Positions 40,114 to 49,977 of a DNA stretch of 64,000 bases are shown in pieces. A program made the position numbers and the translations under genes. The stretch's first letter is position 1, and every line of letters starts with the position of its first letter. The DNA is from Candidatus Bathyarchaeota archaeon (GTDB lineage: Archaea > Thermoproteota > Bathyarchaeia > Bathyarchaeales > Bathycorpusculaceae), in the NCBI GenBank assembly GCA_963717465.1, contig OY970340.1, positions 1,536,001 through 1,600,000 of the forward strand. The letters run 5' to 3'. The notes under the pieces are model-generated. The model was not told the origin of the DNA. It made no database searches and saw only the letters and a list, made by a program, of their open reading frames with translations.

Positions 40114-41359
40114 AAACCTCCTTTAGGATATTGCGAAGAATTTTTACGTGATCAGCATGATTTTCAGATTCTCGTAAGGGTTTTATGAATGGAATCATCA
40201 GGTCGCGCATTAGGGAATATGAAAAGTCGCTGATTACTTTCTTCTGTGCCTCGTCAAATTCCTCTTCTTTTAGGGCTCGCTCTAAATTCTTCTGTCTTTT
40301 TTCTTCACTCCAATTCATAAAGTCAGAAATCAAACTTGAATGCGGTGCCACTTCAATCCTCTTAAACACGTTTTTGATGTCTTCATCGATGATCTTTTCA
40401 GCTAGAAGGATGGCAGATTCCTTTTTGCGCTGATTATTTTTCGCTTGGTCTGCCAATTCATCAAGGTCAAGCAGGTCTACACCACGCATCTCCTTAACAA
40501 TTGGGTCTACAGCCCTTGGATTTGACGCATCGATAAGGAGAAGATTTCCTTTCTTTCCGTCTTGCTTTCTCCGCTTAAGGGCAGAAGCAACATTGCTCGC
40601 TGAAATTATTCGATGAGGTGCTGAAGTTGCACAAACGGCGACATCAGACTTGGCAAGAACTTCTTCAAGTTTATCAAAGTTGACTGCTGTGCCGGATAAC
40701 ATCTCCGCAAGTTTTTTGGCTCGGGTAAAAGTTCTGTTTGCAACAAGGATTGTTTTTGTTTTTTCTTTTGCCACAGCTTTAGCCACTATGCTTCCGATTT
40801 TTCCAGCACCGATGATAGCAACCGTTCGACCATCGAAAGACTTTAGCTTTGATCTAGCTAACTTCACAGCAAGGTTTCCTATGGACACAGTGCCCTTGCT
40901 TATAGTGGTCTCTCTTCTGACTTTTCTCCCAGCTTGAACAGCACTTGTAAATAGCAGGCGCAATTCAGAACCTACTGTGCCAGTGTTACGAGCTAAATTG
41001 TATGAGTCTATAACTTGGTGAAGGATTTCATTCTCGCCAAGTAAAAGAGATTCAAGACCTGATGCAACACGAAATATATGCTTTACCGCTTGGGCATCCA
41101 AGTAAACATCTGCGAGATCTTGAGAAGAATAAACATTCGATGATTTTTCGCAAAGAAGAGATTTTAACATTTCAGGTTTAAGCCCTTCTAAGCTGCTTAT
41201 GTATATCTCTACTCTATGGCATGTCTGAAGTATCACACATTCAGCTACGCCCTCTACCTGTTTGAGCTCAAGCAAAGTTTTGCTGACATTCCTGAATGTG
41301 AAATTTTCCAGTATCCGAACAGGAACCCTTCGGCAGCTTATAGAGACACAGCTAATCAT
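40046..41359 (-). CDS. hemA: glutamyl-tRNA reductase
   Basis: LQTCHRVE, VASGLES..LGE.EIL.Q, GAGKIG, NRT, D.SNPR.V. Confidence 0.92.
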   Translation of the reverse strand: MISCVSISCRRVPVRILENFTFRNVSKTLLELKQVEGVAECVILQTCHRVEIYISSLEGLKPEMLKSLLCEKSSNVYSSQDLADVYLDAQAVKHIFRVASGLESLLLGENEILHQVIDSYNLARNTGTVGSELRLLFTSAVQAGRKVRRETTISKGTVSIGNLAVKLARSKLKSFDGRTVAIIGAGKIGSIVAKAVAKEKTKTILVANRTFTRAKKLAEMLSGTAVNFDKLEEVLAKSDVAVCATSAPHRIISASNVASALKRRKQDGKKGNLLLIDASNPRAVDPIVKEMRGVDLLDLDELADQAKNNQRKKESAILLAEKIIDEDIKNVFKRIEVAPHSSLISDFMNWSEEKRQKNLERALKEEEFDEAQKKVISDFSYSLMRDLMIPFIKPLRESENHADHVKILRNILKEVCVNERNYAQQVETVPRDKKSCS

Positions 41360-41400
41360 CTATATCGCGCCCATCCTATTGGGAGGCTCTCTTTTTAACG

Positions 41401-41424
41401 TTTTTGTTTCATATGAAACAAAAA
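41401..41424. promoter_or_regulatory. perfect 24-bp palindrome upstream of the hem-cfb operon (candidate operator)
   Basis: TTTTTGTTTCATATGAAACAAAAA equals its own reverse complement; 42-65 bp upstream of the hemA ATG. Confidence 0.55.
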
Positions 41425-41959
41425 TTTATTACATGTTTTAGTTGACCGCTGCTCAAAAAACATCAGCACAAGCATCCGAAGACGATGGAAAAGGATGAAG
41501 ATTAAATATAAGCGTCTGACACGTTGCCAAACAAACTGAGAAAAAATTAGAAATTTTAAAATTACAGAAAAATAACATTATTTTTAGGAGAGCTGATTCC
41601 TTTTAGTCAATCAAAAGAGAAATGCAAAGTTCTCTATTGTAAACTGAAAATAATTGTCCCCGACAAATTTACTATCAAAGAATATAAAAGAAAAACCGAT
41701 TACATTTTGTTAAGCCCACGAAAGCACATTTCCAAAGAAAAAGATAATTCTTATTCCATAACAGACGAAAGCGGAGAAAAAATTCCAAATATCGAATTGA
41801 TTTTGGTAACCAAATGCAATTTTAAAACCGAAGAAGTCAACGTTTCCGCAGATTTTTTCAGCCTTAAAGGATTGCCGAAAAATATTGCGATAAGAAACAT
41901 TATTTACTGCAAACCGTCAACAGAGGAAACTTGGGAAGTAACCATCTAAGCAAATGAGA

Positions 41960-42634
41960 TTAAGATAGAAAGATTGCAATACACTTAATGGTCGCCCAAA
42001 GAATTCGCATGTTAGCTTTTAATGTACCGCCTATTCTAGGATTTTTTCTCCTCGAAGGCGGCAAATATTGTATATCCTTGATTTTAAGATTATTCTTTTT
42101 TGCGAGGACAATAAATTCGCCTCCAAAGGTTTCTCCTCCTTTAAGGTTTAATTCTGAAACGAATTCTTTTTTGAAAACACGGTAATTCGAAAATGAATCA
42201 GTCACGCCGACAAGTTTCCCCAATGTTTTAGAAGCAATTCTTTCTGAAAAACGCGGGATAATTGTACGAGAAGCAGAAACAACATCAAATTCACCAATAA
42301 ATTTTACGAGCACAGGTATAAGATCAGGGTTGTTCTCCAAGTCAGAATCAATCGTGACAATAACAGGATACTTTGCCAGTTTCATTCCATAAAGCAAACC
42401 TTTTGTTTGGCCTTCCCGTTTTTTTGTCACTGCCACATCTGCAAAACGCTTGGCAACTTCAAATGTGCCGTCTTGCGATTCATCGTCCACAACTATTATT
42501 TCATACACATTCGGTTTTAGGACTTCTCTTACTTGCCTGATTAACTCAGCAATATTTTCTCTCTCATTCCAAGTAGTAGTAACGACTGAAATCCCAGGCA
42601 CGCTTGAATTATTCTGCAATTTTTTCAGTTTCAC
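41960..42634 (-). CDS. glycosyltransferase family 2
   Basis: TTWNE, VVDDES.DGT, IDSDLEN. Confidence 0.88.
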   Translation of the reverse strand: MKLKKLQNNSSVPGISVVTTTWNERENIAELIRQVREVLKPNVYEIIVVDDESQDGTFEVAKRFADVAVTKKREGQTKGLLYGMKLAKYPVIVTIDSDLENNPDLIPVLVKFIGEFDVVSASRTIIPRFSERIASKTLGKLVGVTDSFSNYRVFKKEFVSELNLKGGETFGGEFIVLAKKNNLKIKDIQYLPPSRRKNPRIGGTLKANMRILWATIKCIAIFLS

Positions 42635-42727
42635 TTCATCATTGCTAAATTAAATAATTTTCGCCAAAAAAGAACAAGCAATTACGCAAAGAAACTAAAC
42701 TTTTCATTTTCTGGATTTTGCAATTTT

Positions 42728-44371
42728 TTATTGAAGCTTGAGTATTTTCATAACCTTTTCCAGTAAGTTAAAGATTTTGTGCGCAAGTTTACCTACGAAT
42801 CCGATTTCGCTTGTCATTGCCCGCAAGTTGCTAATGTCCGAACTTGTGACTGATCTAGTCAGTACTATTGACAAAAAAAAGACCACGATAAATACCACTA
42901 CGCCGATGACAAGCTGAACCCAACTTGAAAAACTCAGCAATGAGACGATCAAGTAAGTTACGGCTGCAGTTATTGCGGCTGAAAGAAGAATTTTTGCAGA
43001 TGAGATCCAATCAACGCTTACTTCATAATGTTTTTTTAACCATCGTAAACCTATGAAAATGCTTGGGACCACGCTTGTAAGCGATGTCGCTAAAAGTCCT
43101 AAGACTCCAAACCGCATGATTAGGATGAAACCCATTGGAAACCCTATAACTGCTTGAAGAATTGTTAATTTTAGTGCATAGACGGTTTGCCCTTGACCGT
43201 TTAGTAAGTTGCCTATGCTCAAGTTTCCTAAGGCAGTATACAGGTAGTTTATGCAAAGCAGAGAAAGAAACAAGGGAGCCAAAGTAAAAGTCTGGCCGAA
43301 AAGAGTTTGAACCGCCGGTCCAGACAGGCACATCACAAGCGCTGCTACAGGAACAACAAGAAGAGAAGCGTACTTTACTGAAAATTGAAAAACATTTTTT
43401 AGGGCTTCTTTGTCTCTTTGAAAATCTAGTTTTGAAAAAGCTGGAAAAAGCATTGTGGTTATTGGAGTGGCAAAGAAACCTATTAAGACCACAAAGTTTT
43501 GAGCAATGTAATAGTTACCAAGCACTGTGTTCTGTGCAGAAGGATATACAATAGGTAATAAGAGTGTGTAAAAAGCGGTAAGAAAACCTGATATAATGGC
43601 GGCTATTGATAAAGGCATTCCGTAGCCAAACAATTTTTTGATATAGGATATTGTATTCCTTCGAATCGTTGTTGGTTTAGGCAATTTTTTGTAGATAGTC
43701 CACATGAGCAAGATTCCGATTAATCCAGCAATAAAAGTACCCACCGTGTATCCGATAACCGCTCCAGAAGTTTCTAAGCCTACGCTTAATAGTGTTATTA
43801 CAAGCCCAAGTGAAACAAGTGTTTTAATTATGGATTGACAAATGAGCATTATACTGTTTAACTGCATTTCTTCAACGCCAGTAAAAGCACCTGCTGCAGC
43901 ATTGATCAATCCTCCCGCAAAGATGGAAAATGAGGCAATTTGAATTAATGGAGCAATTTCTGGTCGGTTGAATACAGTTGTCGCTAAAAAGCCTGAAAGT
44001 GAGAATGAAATTATGGAAAGTACCAAGCCTAAAGCTATCTCAAAAATTAATCCTGACAAGAAAACGCTTCTAATTTCATAGAGTCGATCTTCTGCCTTAT
44101 ATTGGGCAGTGAATCGAACCATTGCCGAATTTACGCCCCAATCTCGAAATAGCAAAATTAAGTTTGGCACAACAAAGGCAATTCCGTACACACCGTAATT
44201 GCTTGATCCTAATAATCTAGCGATGAATATGAGACCTATAGCCGATATGACTTGGGATACTACCAGTCCCCACATGTAGTTGAAGCTTCCTTTAGCTGAA
44301 ACCTTTCCGATGTCTGCGGCTTTGCTCATGCAGTCGTCTATCCTTTTCTTGAATCTTTTTTGAATTAACAC
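42728..44371 (-). CDS. oligosaccharide flippase (Wzx/MurJ-like)
   Basis: Many TM helices; ARLLG...YG.Y; LFPAFSKL. Confidence 0.85.
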   Translation of the reverse strand: MLIQKRFKKRIDDCMSKAADIGKVSAKGSFNYMWGLVVSQVISAIGLIFIARLLGSSNYGVYGIAFVVPNLILLFRDWGVNSAMVRFTAQYKAEDRLYEIRSVFLSGLIFEIALGLVLSIISFSLSGFLATTVFNRPEIAPLIQIASFSIFAGGLINAAAGAFTGVEEMQLNSIMLICQSIIKTLVSLGLVITLLSVGLETSGAVIGYTVGTFIAGLIGILLMWTIYKKLPKPTTIRRNTISYIKKLFGYGMPLSIAAIISGFLTAFYTLLLPIVYPSAQNTVLGNYYIAQNFVVLIGFFATPITTMLFPAFSKLDFQRDKEALKNVFQFSVKYASLLVVPVAALVMCLSGPAVQTLFGQTFTLAPLFLSLLCINYLYTALGNLSIGNLLNGQGQTVYALKLTILQAVIGFPMGFILIMRFGVLGLLATSLTSVVPSIFIGLRWLKKHYEVSVDWISSAKILLSAAITAAVTYLIVSLLSFSSWVQLVIGVVVFIVVFFLSIVLTRSVTSSDISNLRAMTSEIGFVGKLAHKIFNLLEKVMKILKLQ

Positions 44372-44810
44372 TTGTTTAATTAGGATATGTTTATCAGTTG
44401 CGGTCTTTTTTCAAAAGAAAAACGTGAAAAAAAGTCTATTCGAAGTATGCCTATCATTTTGGACTTTTCGTATTCAAGAAATCACTCAAGAATGTGAAAT
44501 TCCAATTTTGACCCATCAGATCCAGAACAATAGGTTTTTTGATTGTCTGGTGAGCGAGCCGTTGTTATTTAAATCTGACCTCCAAGCTGTCTGGCGATGG
44601 CAGTTTTAATACTGCGTATTAGGGTTGTGCTCAAACCCAGCTGAGAGGGATAAGCAGGTAAACTCACAGAAATGTTTTCTGTCTCTTTCAAACTCAGGTG
44701 TATTATTTTTTACGCGCATCGCCAACCAAGTGTGGGTGCGAGAAACAATAGCATGAGTTGAACCTTTTATACGCCACACGTTTTTTAATCTTTTTTTCAT
44801 AAAAGTTAGA

Positions 44811-44917
44811 TGGCGCCCAGGCCGGGATTCGGACCCGGGTCCTGCGGGCGACAGCCGCATATACTATTCCGTCAACATGAATTAATTCATGCTGAGACCG
44901 GACTATACTACCTGGGC
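44811..44917 (-). tRNA. tRNA-Asp(GTC) with about 31-nt intron in the D-loop (44866-44896)
   Basis: GCCCAGG/CCTGGGC-G-CCA; anticodon arm TGCGG-CT-GTC-GC-CCGCA; inserted hairpin with BHB-like geometry. Confidence 0.9.
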
Positions 44918-44966
44918 TATTGTACGTTGGCTTAAGCGCCGCAACAATAAAAACTGTTTTAGCTAA

Positions 44967-45467
44967 TTAACCTTTCTCGGCAAGGTTTGTATTCGGTTTT
45001 TGATGTTTTTTGCCTGTCAGGTCTTTCAAGTCGATCTTGCCTATGCTCGTTGATGCGAGTTTTTCTGGTTTAACTTTTGCCAGTTTATCTTCTGGGTTGG
45101 CAGAGAGCTGCCTAACTAACACTTCTAGCGCATGCTGCTTCTCCCTGAGGTCATCAACCTGGAAATACTCTCCTGAAAAATGCACTGATACGTAGGCATA
45201 GTCACACTCGTTCGTTACACCGTAATCCAGTATCGCTTGTCCCCAAACTTTGTTGTTTGATCTTAAATAGGCTAGTTTTTTGCCTTCAGGTGCACAGTGG
45301 AAGTATAGACAATTCTTTGCTTCATCATAGCCATGGCTTAATGAAACCAGATACGGCTCGTCATCCACGCAGAGGGCAACAGTAACATACTTGGTACTTT
45401 TTAGCACCTGTCGTAATTCATTTTGATCCGTGATTTCCCTATCTTTACGCCGAACATGAAAAGACAT
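44967..45467 (-). CDS. pyridoxamine 5'-phosphate oxidase-like / NimA-family FMN-binding protein
   Basis: RRKDREI, PYLVSL, LYFHCA.EGKK. Confidence 0.85.
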   Translation of the reverse strand: MSFHVRRKDREITDQNELRQVLKSTKYVTVALCVDDEPYLVSLSHGYDEAKNCLYFHCAPEGKKLAYLRSNNKVWGQAILDYGVTNECDYAYVSVHFSGEYFQVDDLREKQHALEVLVRQLSANPEDKLAKVKPEKLASTSIGKIDLKDLTGKKHQKPNTNLAEKG

Positions 45468-45592
45468 ACCTCAAAAATATTTGTTCATATAATATTAACT
45501 TTTAGAACATGTATGTTTGTTACCTTTCGGTCTTCGAGAAACTGAAAGCTAATCTGAGAACAAAAAGAAAAATTGCATTTATCCAGATAATG

Positions 45593-47681
45593 TTATTTGT
45601 CGATTGAAATTCTGCTTGTGCCTGCTTCTTTCTCTAGAATTACAACGTGTTCAGCTTTACTTGCGAAGGATTCACTGTGCGTTACGGCAATGATTTGCTC
45701 AATTGCTTTGAATCGGGCTATTGCCTCAGCTAAATGTTCGATGCTGCCGTCTTCATTTCCCAAGTTTTCCGTAGGCTCATCTAGTACAAGCATGCTTAAT
45801 CCGTGCCCAGTTCTTGATTGCATGATGAGTTGTCCTAAACCTAATCGATAAGCGAACGCAAGTAATGTTCGCTCGCCGCCAGAAAGATTTGCAACCTCAC
45901 GATTTACTCCAGATTCGCTTTTGACATACGGCGTATATGTATCGTCGATAATTACGTTCAAAAATGCGGTTTCGCTGCCTACTAAACCATCTAAAACCTG
46001 TTGAACGAAACTTCGCAAAACACCCACGAACTCGCTTCGCAGCAAAGGCTGAACACTCCGATAAGCATCCCGAACAGCGCCTAAAACCTCAATCGTTTTA
46101 CGAATTTTCTCGACGCGCTCAACCTTTTGCATAGAAACATCAATTCGCTCTTTCAAAATATCCAAACGTTCAAAAAGATCAGCTTTGCGATTTTCCTTAG
46201 TGCGCATGTCAGAATCAACCTGATAGTACTGCTTGAAAAGCTGCTCTCTGCGGGCTTTGGCTGATTCAAGCTCTGATAAATTGAACCTGCTAATTTCAAG
46301 GTTCACTAGTTCAAGTTGATTTTGAAGTTCAGCTTCTAACTTTTGCTTGCTCTCAAACTCGCTTGAAATATTGCCCATATTTAGTTCTTCTTCAGAAATA
46401 CGCGCTTTAAGATCGTCAGCTCTGGTAACGCAGTTTTGCAGGTTAGAATATGCTTCAGATGCAATTTTTTTGCTTTTCTTAAGTTCCTCAATTTCAACTT
46501 GCAACTGTTTAATGATTTTTTCTCGTTCACAATTCTCATGTTCAATGCGCGTAAGTAGATTAGTCTTGTATTCACCATCTAATGGTTGCACGCAAAGGGG
46601 ACACTTGTTCTCCTGCGACAACGAAATAGTTCTTTTTTGGTCGGTCTGCAAGCTCCGTAGAAGTTGCTTCTTGCTCAGCTTTTATAGTGCTGATTTTATC
46701 GTCAAAAGATGCCAGAAAAGAACCTAATGCTTCAAAAGGCTGACTTACAGGTAATCCTGCTTGTTCAAGTTTACTTAAACACAATTTAGCTTGGATATCA
46801 ATAGAGTTTTGGCGCTGCAGCAAATTGTCAAGAATAGTTTTTTTACCCTCAAGTCTGTCATTCAATGAAGCAAGTGCATCCTTAAGGTTTAGCAAGTTAG
46901 CGTTTATTCTAGCTTCTTTTCGCTTCAACTCTTCGATTGCCACTTTTTTCTCTTCCAATCGCTTAAGCGTCTGATCAGCATCAGCCAGCACTTTTTTGGC
47001 AATAGCAAGTTTCTGGGTTAAACCTTCAAGATCCATTTCTAAAAGTGCAAATTCTTCACTTGCCCTATTGTATTCAGCGCTGAGTTTTTCCAATCCAGTA
47101 ACATCTGAATCTTTTTCGTAAATTCTCTTCTCGTTATCATAATCTCGTTGATACTGTGCGATGTTGCTCCATGCAGATTCATAATCTGACAGGCCGAACA
47201 ATTCGTCTAAGCGTTTTTGCCTATCGCGTGGTGCTAAATCTAAGAGCTCTTTTAGATGCTCCTGCCTGAACCATACTATTTCACGGTATAGATCTTTATC
47301 CAGACCTGTAATTGCCTTAAACTGTTCAGCAATTGCATCGCTCTTCATACTTGCAATGAGCGTTTCCTCTTCAAACAGTTTAAGCTCCTCAAAATTCTGG
47401 GTTACGCTTTTTCCGCGTCTTTTTAACCCCCGTATTAACTTGTAAGTTTTACCGCTCTGAGTAAATTGAACTGTTACCTTTCCTGAATCTGCTCCTTCGC
47501 GAAGCAGATATTCGAAGCTTCGGCCGATTGAATCGCCGAATAAACCAAAATCCAAGGCATATAAGACACTGGATTTTCCGCAACCCAAACCGCCTACAAG
47601 ACAGTTAAATCCTCTGGTGAATGGCACCGTTGATTTAACGTGAGACCGCAGGTTCTCAAGCTGGACTATTTCAATTTTCAC
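45593..47681 (-). CDS. rad50: Rad50 ATPase (one frameshift near 46655)
   Basis: Walker A GCGKSS, Q-loop, Zn-hook CPLC, LSGGE, LDEPT; follows mre11. Confidence 0.88.
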
Positions 47682-48895
47682 TTCGTCATCTCCTCGATTA
47701 TCTGCTTCACTTTTTCGTCTTGCTTGCGCGTTAATGGTTCAATCAAATCAATTGCTAAGTGAGCTATTTTCTGCGCTTCTTCATTGCTGTAACGTTCAGA
47801 AAAAATCCGAACAAAATACTCCGAGGATTTAGTCTTTAAATCTTTAAATTCGCCCTCAAAAATTGAGCGGACAAGCTCGTCTGAAACCGCGCTTTCCTTG
47901 AGCATGACAATAGGATGAACAATCAAGGCTTTTTCTGCGGCACTTCTGATTTTGGCTATGTCAACTTCTGCACGGCTTGCTCCTGCTGGTAAAGTGCCCT
48001 TTAATACTGGAATGACGACTGAACCTTCCGTATCATTGTCTTTTACAAGTTGATAGCCTAAATCGCCAATTTTTCCTGGAGCCATGCCTGAAAAGTCATG
48101 ATCGAAAACGACAAATCGTCTTGTACCTGTAAGGTCAACAAAGTCAGGTGTGACTTCGCCTTTTGCGTCAACTTGAACGTGGTAAAAGCCTTTATTGTAT
48201 GCCGCTTCGTCATAACTGACTGTTTCAGTACTTCCGCTATAAGCTAAGTAACCAGTTTTGAATTTGCCCAAGTAACGTTGATGAATGTGACCAGCAGCGT
48301 AATACGTAAAACCTTCAGGTAATTGCTCAGGTGAAATTTCAGCTTCAATGTAAGGTGGCTTAACATTTGGTAGATCAACGGCGCCGTGAAAAACAAAGAT
48401 GCTTCCAACATTTTCTTGAGGTGCTGGAGGATTTTCCGCCATGAATTTTGGCAATGCTTCAGATGTTTTATGCCTGCTTCGAAAATTTGGAACACCATAA
48501 ACGTAACAGCAGTCTAGTTTGCGCCATGATCCTTGGTGCCGAGGTAAATGGTAAATTAGTCCTGCACTATCCAACGGGTAAAGAATTGTTCCGGTGATCA
48601 TATTTGGAGCAGAATCATGTGAACCATCAACTGTCAAAACAGGGATTTGCATGTCTTTTAAGCGTTTGAAGCTTCTGATCGTATTTTCAAGTGTAACGTT
48701 GGATGGTCGGGCTTGGTGGAATAAGTCCCCTGCAATTATCATGAAGTCAGGTTTTAATTCGATTGTTTTATCAATTAATTCTGACAAAGCGTTGTCAAAG
48801 TCTTGTCTTCTCGCTTCCAACCCGTACTGAGAGTAACCTAAATGTAAATCTGAAGCGTGAACAAAGCTGAACGGTTTCAATCTGCTGCTCCCCAT
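47678..48895 (-). CDS. mre11: Mre11/SbcD nuclease
   Basis: SDLHLG, AGDLF, GSHD, GHIH. Confidence 0.9.
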   Translation of the reverse strand: MGSSRLKPFSFVHASDLHLGYSQYGLEARRQDFDNALSELIDKTIELKPDFMIIAGDLFHQARPSNVTLENTIRSFKRLKDMQIPVLTVDGSHDSAPNMITGTILYPLDSAGLIYHLPRHQGSWRKLDCCYVYGVPNFRSRHKTSEALPKFMAENPPAPQENVGSIFVFHGAVDLPNVKPPYIEAEISPEQLPEGFTYYAAGHIHQRYLGKFKTGYLAYSGSTETVSYDEAAYNKGFYHVQVDAKGEVTPDFVDLTGTRRFVVFDHDFSGMAPGKIGDLGYQLVKDNDTEGSVVIPVLKGTLPAGASRAEVDIAKIRSAAEKALIVHPIVMLKESAVSDELVRSIFEGEFKDLKTKSSEYFVRIFSERYSNEEAQKIAHLAIDLIEPLTRKQDEKVKQIIEEMTK

Positions 48896-49031
48896 TTATC
48901 CTCCTGGATAGTTACGATTAAATTATGTTTGAGCTTGCTGGATTTTAAGCGTTTAGTTAAAGCCTTCCCAAGCTTTGTTCGGGTTTTATTAGGGGAAACA
49001 TATAAACCTTTAATCTGCAATTTAGCTTAAA

Positions 49032-49865
49032 TTGCGCGATAAAATGTATTGCCAGAAATGTGGGGTAGAAGTGGTTCTTCCCTTTCAATGCCCGTACTGT
49101 GGAGCCCAATTTTGCAGTGAACACCGTCTGCCTGAGAATCACAACTGCGCGAAAATTGACCAGGCCCGAGCAAAACTACAACAAAATGTCTTGCCCCAAA
49201 ATTACGACTCGTTTAGGTATTCTTACTCATACGGCGCACCCATTAAAAGTAGAAGTCGCATCAATTTTAGTCCAAAAGAAATAAAACACATTACCGTTGC
49301 AGCCTTGCTAGTTATAGGAATAGGTTTTTCCATTGGATTGTACGATAACATCCTTGGCGCTTGGACAACTCCATGGAATTGGAGCATGATGACTGTTTTC
49401 GCGTTCCTAATCACTATATCCTTTTTGACGCATGAACTAGCACATAAAGCCGTTGCCCAAAAAAAGGGTTTATGGGCTGAATTCCGTTTGACCATGTGGG
49501 GAGCAATATTAACGTGTGTTTCAATTTTTATACCCTTTAAAATGATTGCTCCAGGCGCGATGATGATTTCAGGTTCTCCGAATGGCGATGCAATCGTAAA
49601 GATTTCGCTTGCAGGGCCTGTTACAAACATGATTTTTTCAGTTGGAATTCTCGGAGTGGCATTTGCTTTTCCCAACAGCATTTACTTTGTGCCTTTGCTT
49701 TTAGCTGCTTATTTTAACGCTTTTATTGCATTGTTTAATCTTATTCCTTTCAGCGTTTTAGATGGGCAAAAGATTTTTAATTGGAATAAGTGGATTTGGC
49801 TTTGTGCATTTCTTGTGAGCGCGGGTTTAACGCTGATTACTTACTTGCTTATATATGGCATTTGA
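49032..49865 (+). CDS. AN1-type zinc finger plus M50 (site-2) metalloprotease
   Basis: CQKC...CPYC...FCSEHRLPENHNC; HELAH; AGP; FNLIP...LDG. Confidence 0.88.
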   Translation: MRDKMYCQKCGVEVVLPFQCPYCGAQFCSEHRLPENHNCAKIDQARAKLQQNVLPQNYDSFRYSYSYGAPIKSRSRINFSPKEIKHITVAALLVIGIGFSIGLYDNILGAWTTPWNWSMMTVFAFLITISFLTHELAHKAVAQKKGLWAEFRLTMWGAILTCVSIFIPFKMIAPGAMMISGSPNGDAIVKISLAGPVTNMIFSVGILGVAFAFPNSIYFVPLLLAAYFNAFIALFNLIPFSVLDGQKIFNWNKWIWLCAFLVSAGLTLITYLLIYGI

Positions 49866-49977
49866 TAATCTATTGCAAATTCTCAAATTTTTTTAAACAT
49901 GATTTAACGGCCGCTTTATTCAGGAAAGCTTATAGTCTTGCTGCATAAACTTTGAGTACATAGAGTTTAAATCGAGA

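Noticed and set aside
30576..41359. Compositional (GC) evidence for horizontal transfer of the F430 operon
   Set aside because: By eye it is not clearly different from other coding regions such as paaK; this needs computed GC and codon statistics.
41707..41949. 80-aa ORF beside the hem-cfb promoter region
   Set aside because: AT-rich, TTG start, no motif; cannot be supported as a gene or regulator.
45593..47681. Rad50 as a naturally split gene or programmed frameshift
   Set aside because: A single indel restores a normal protein, and a similar break occurs in secY, so error is more parsimonious.
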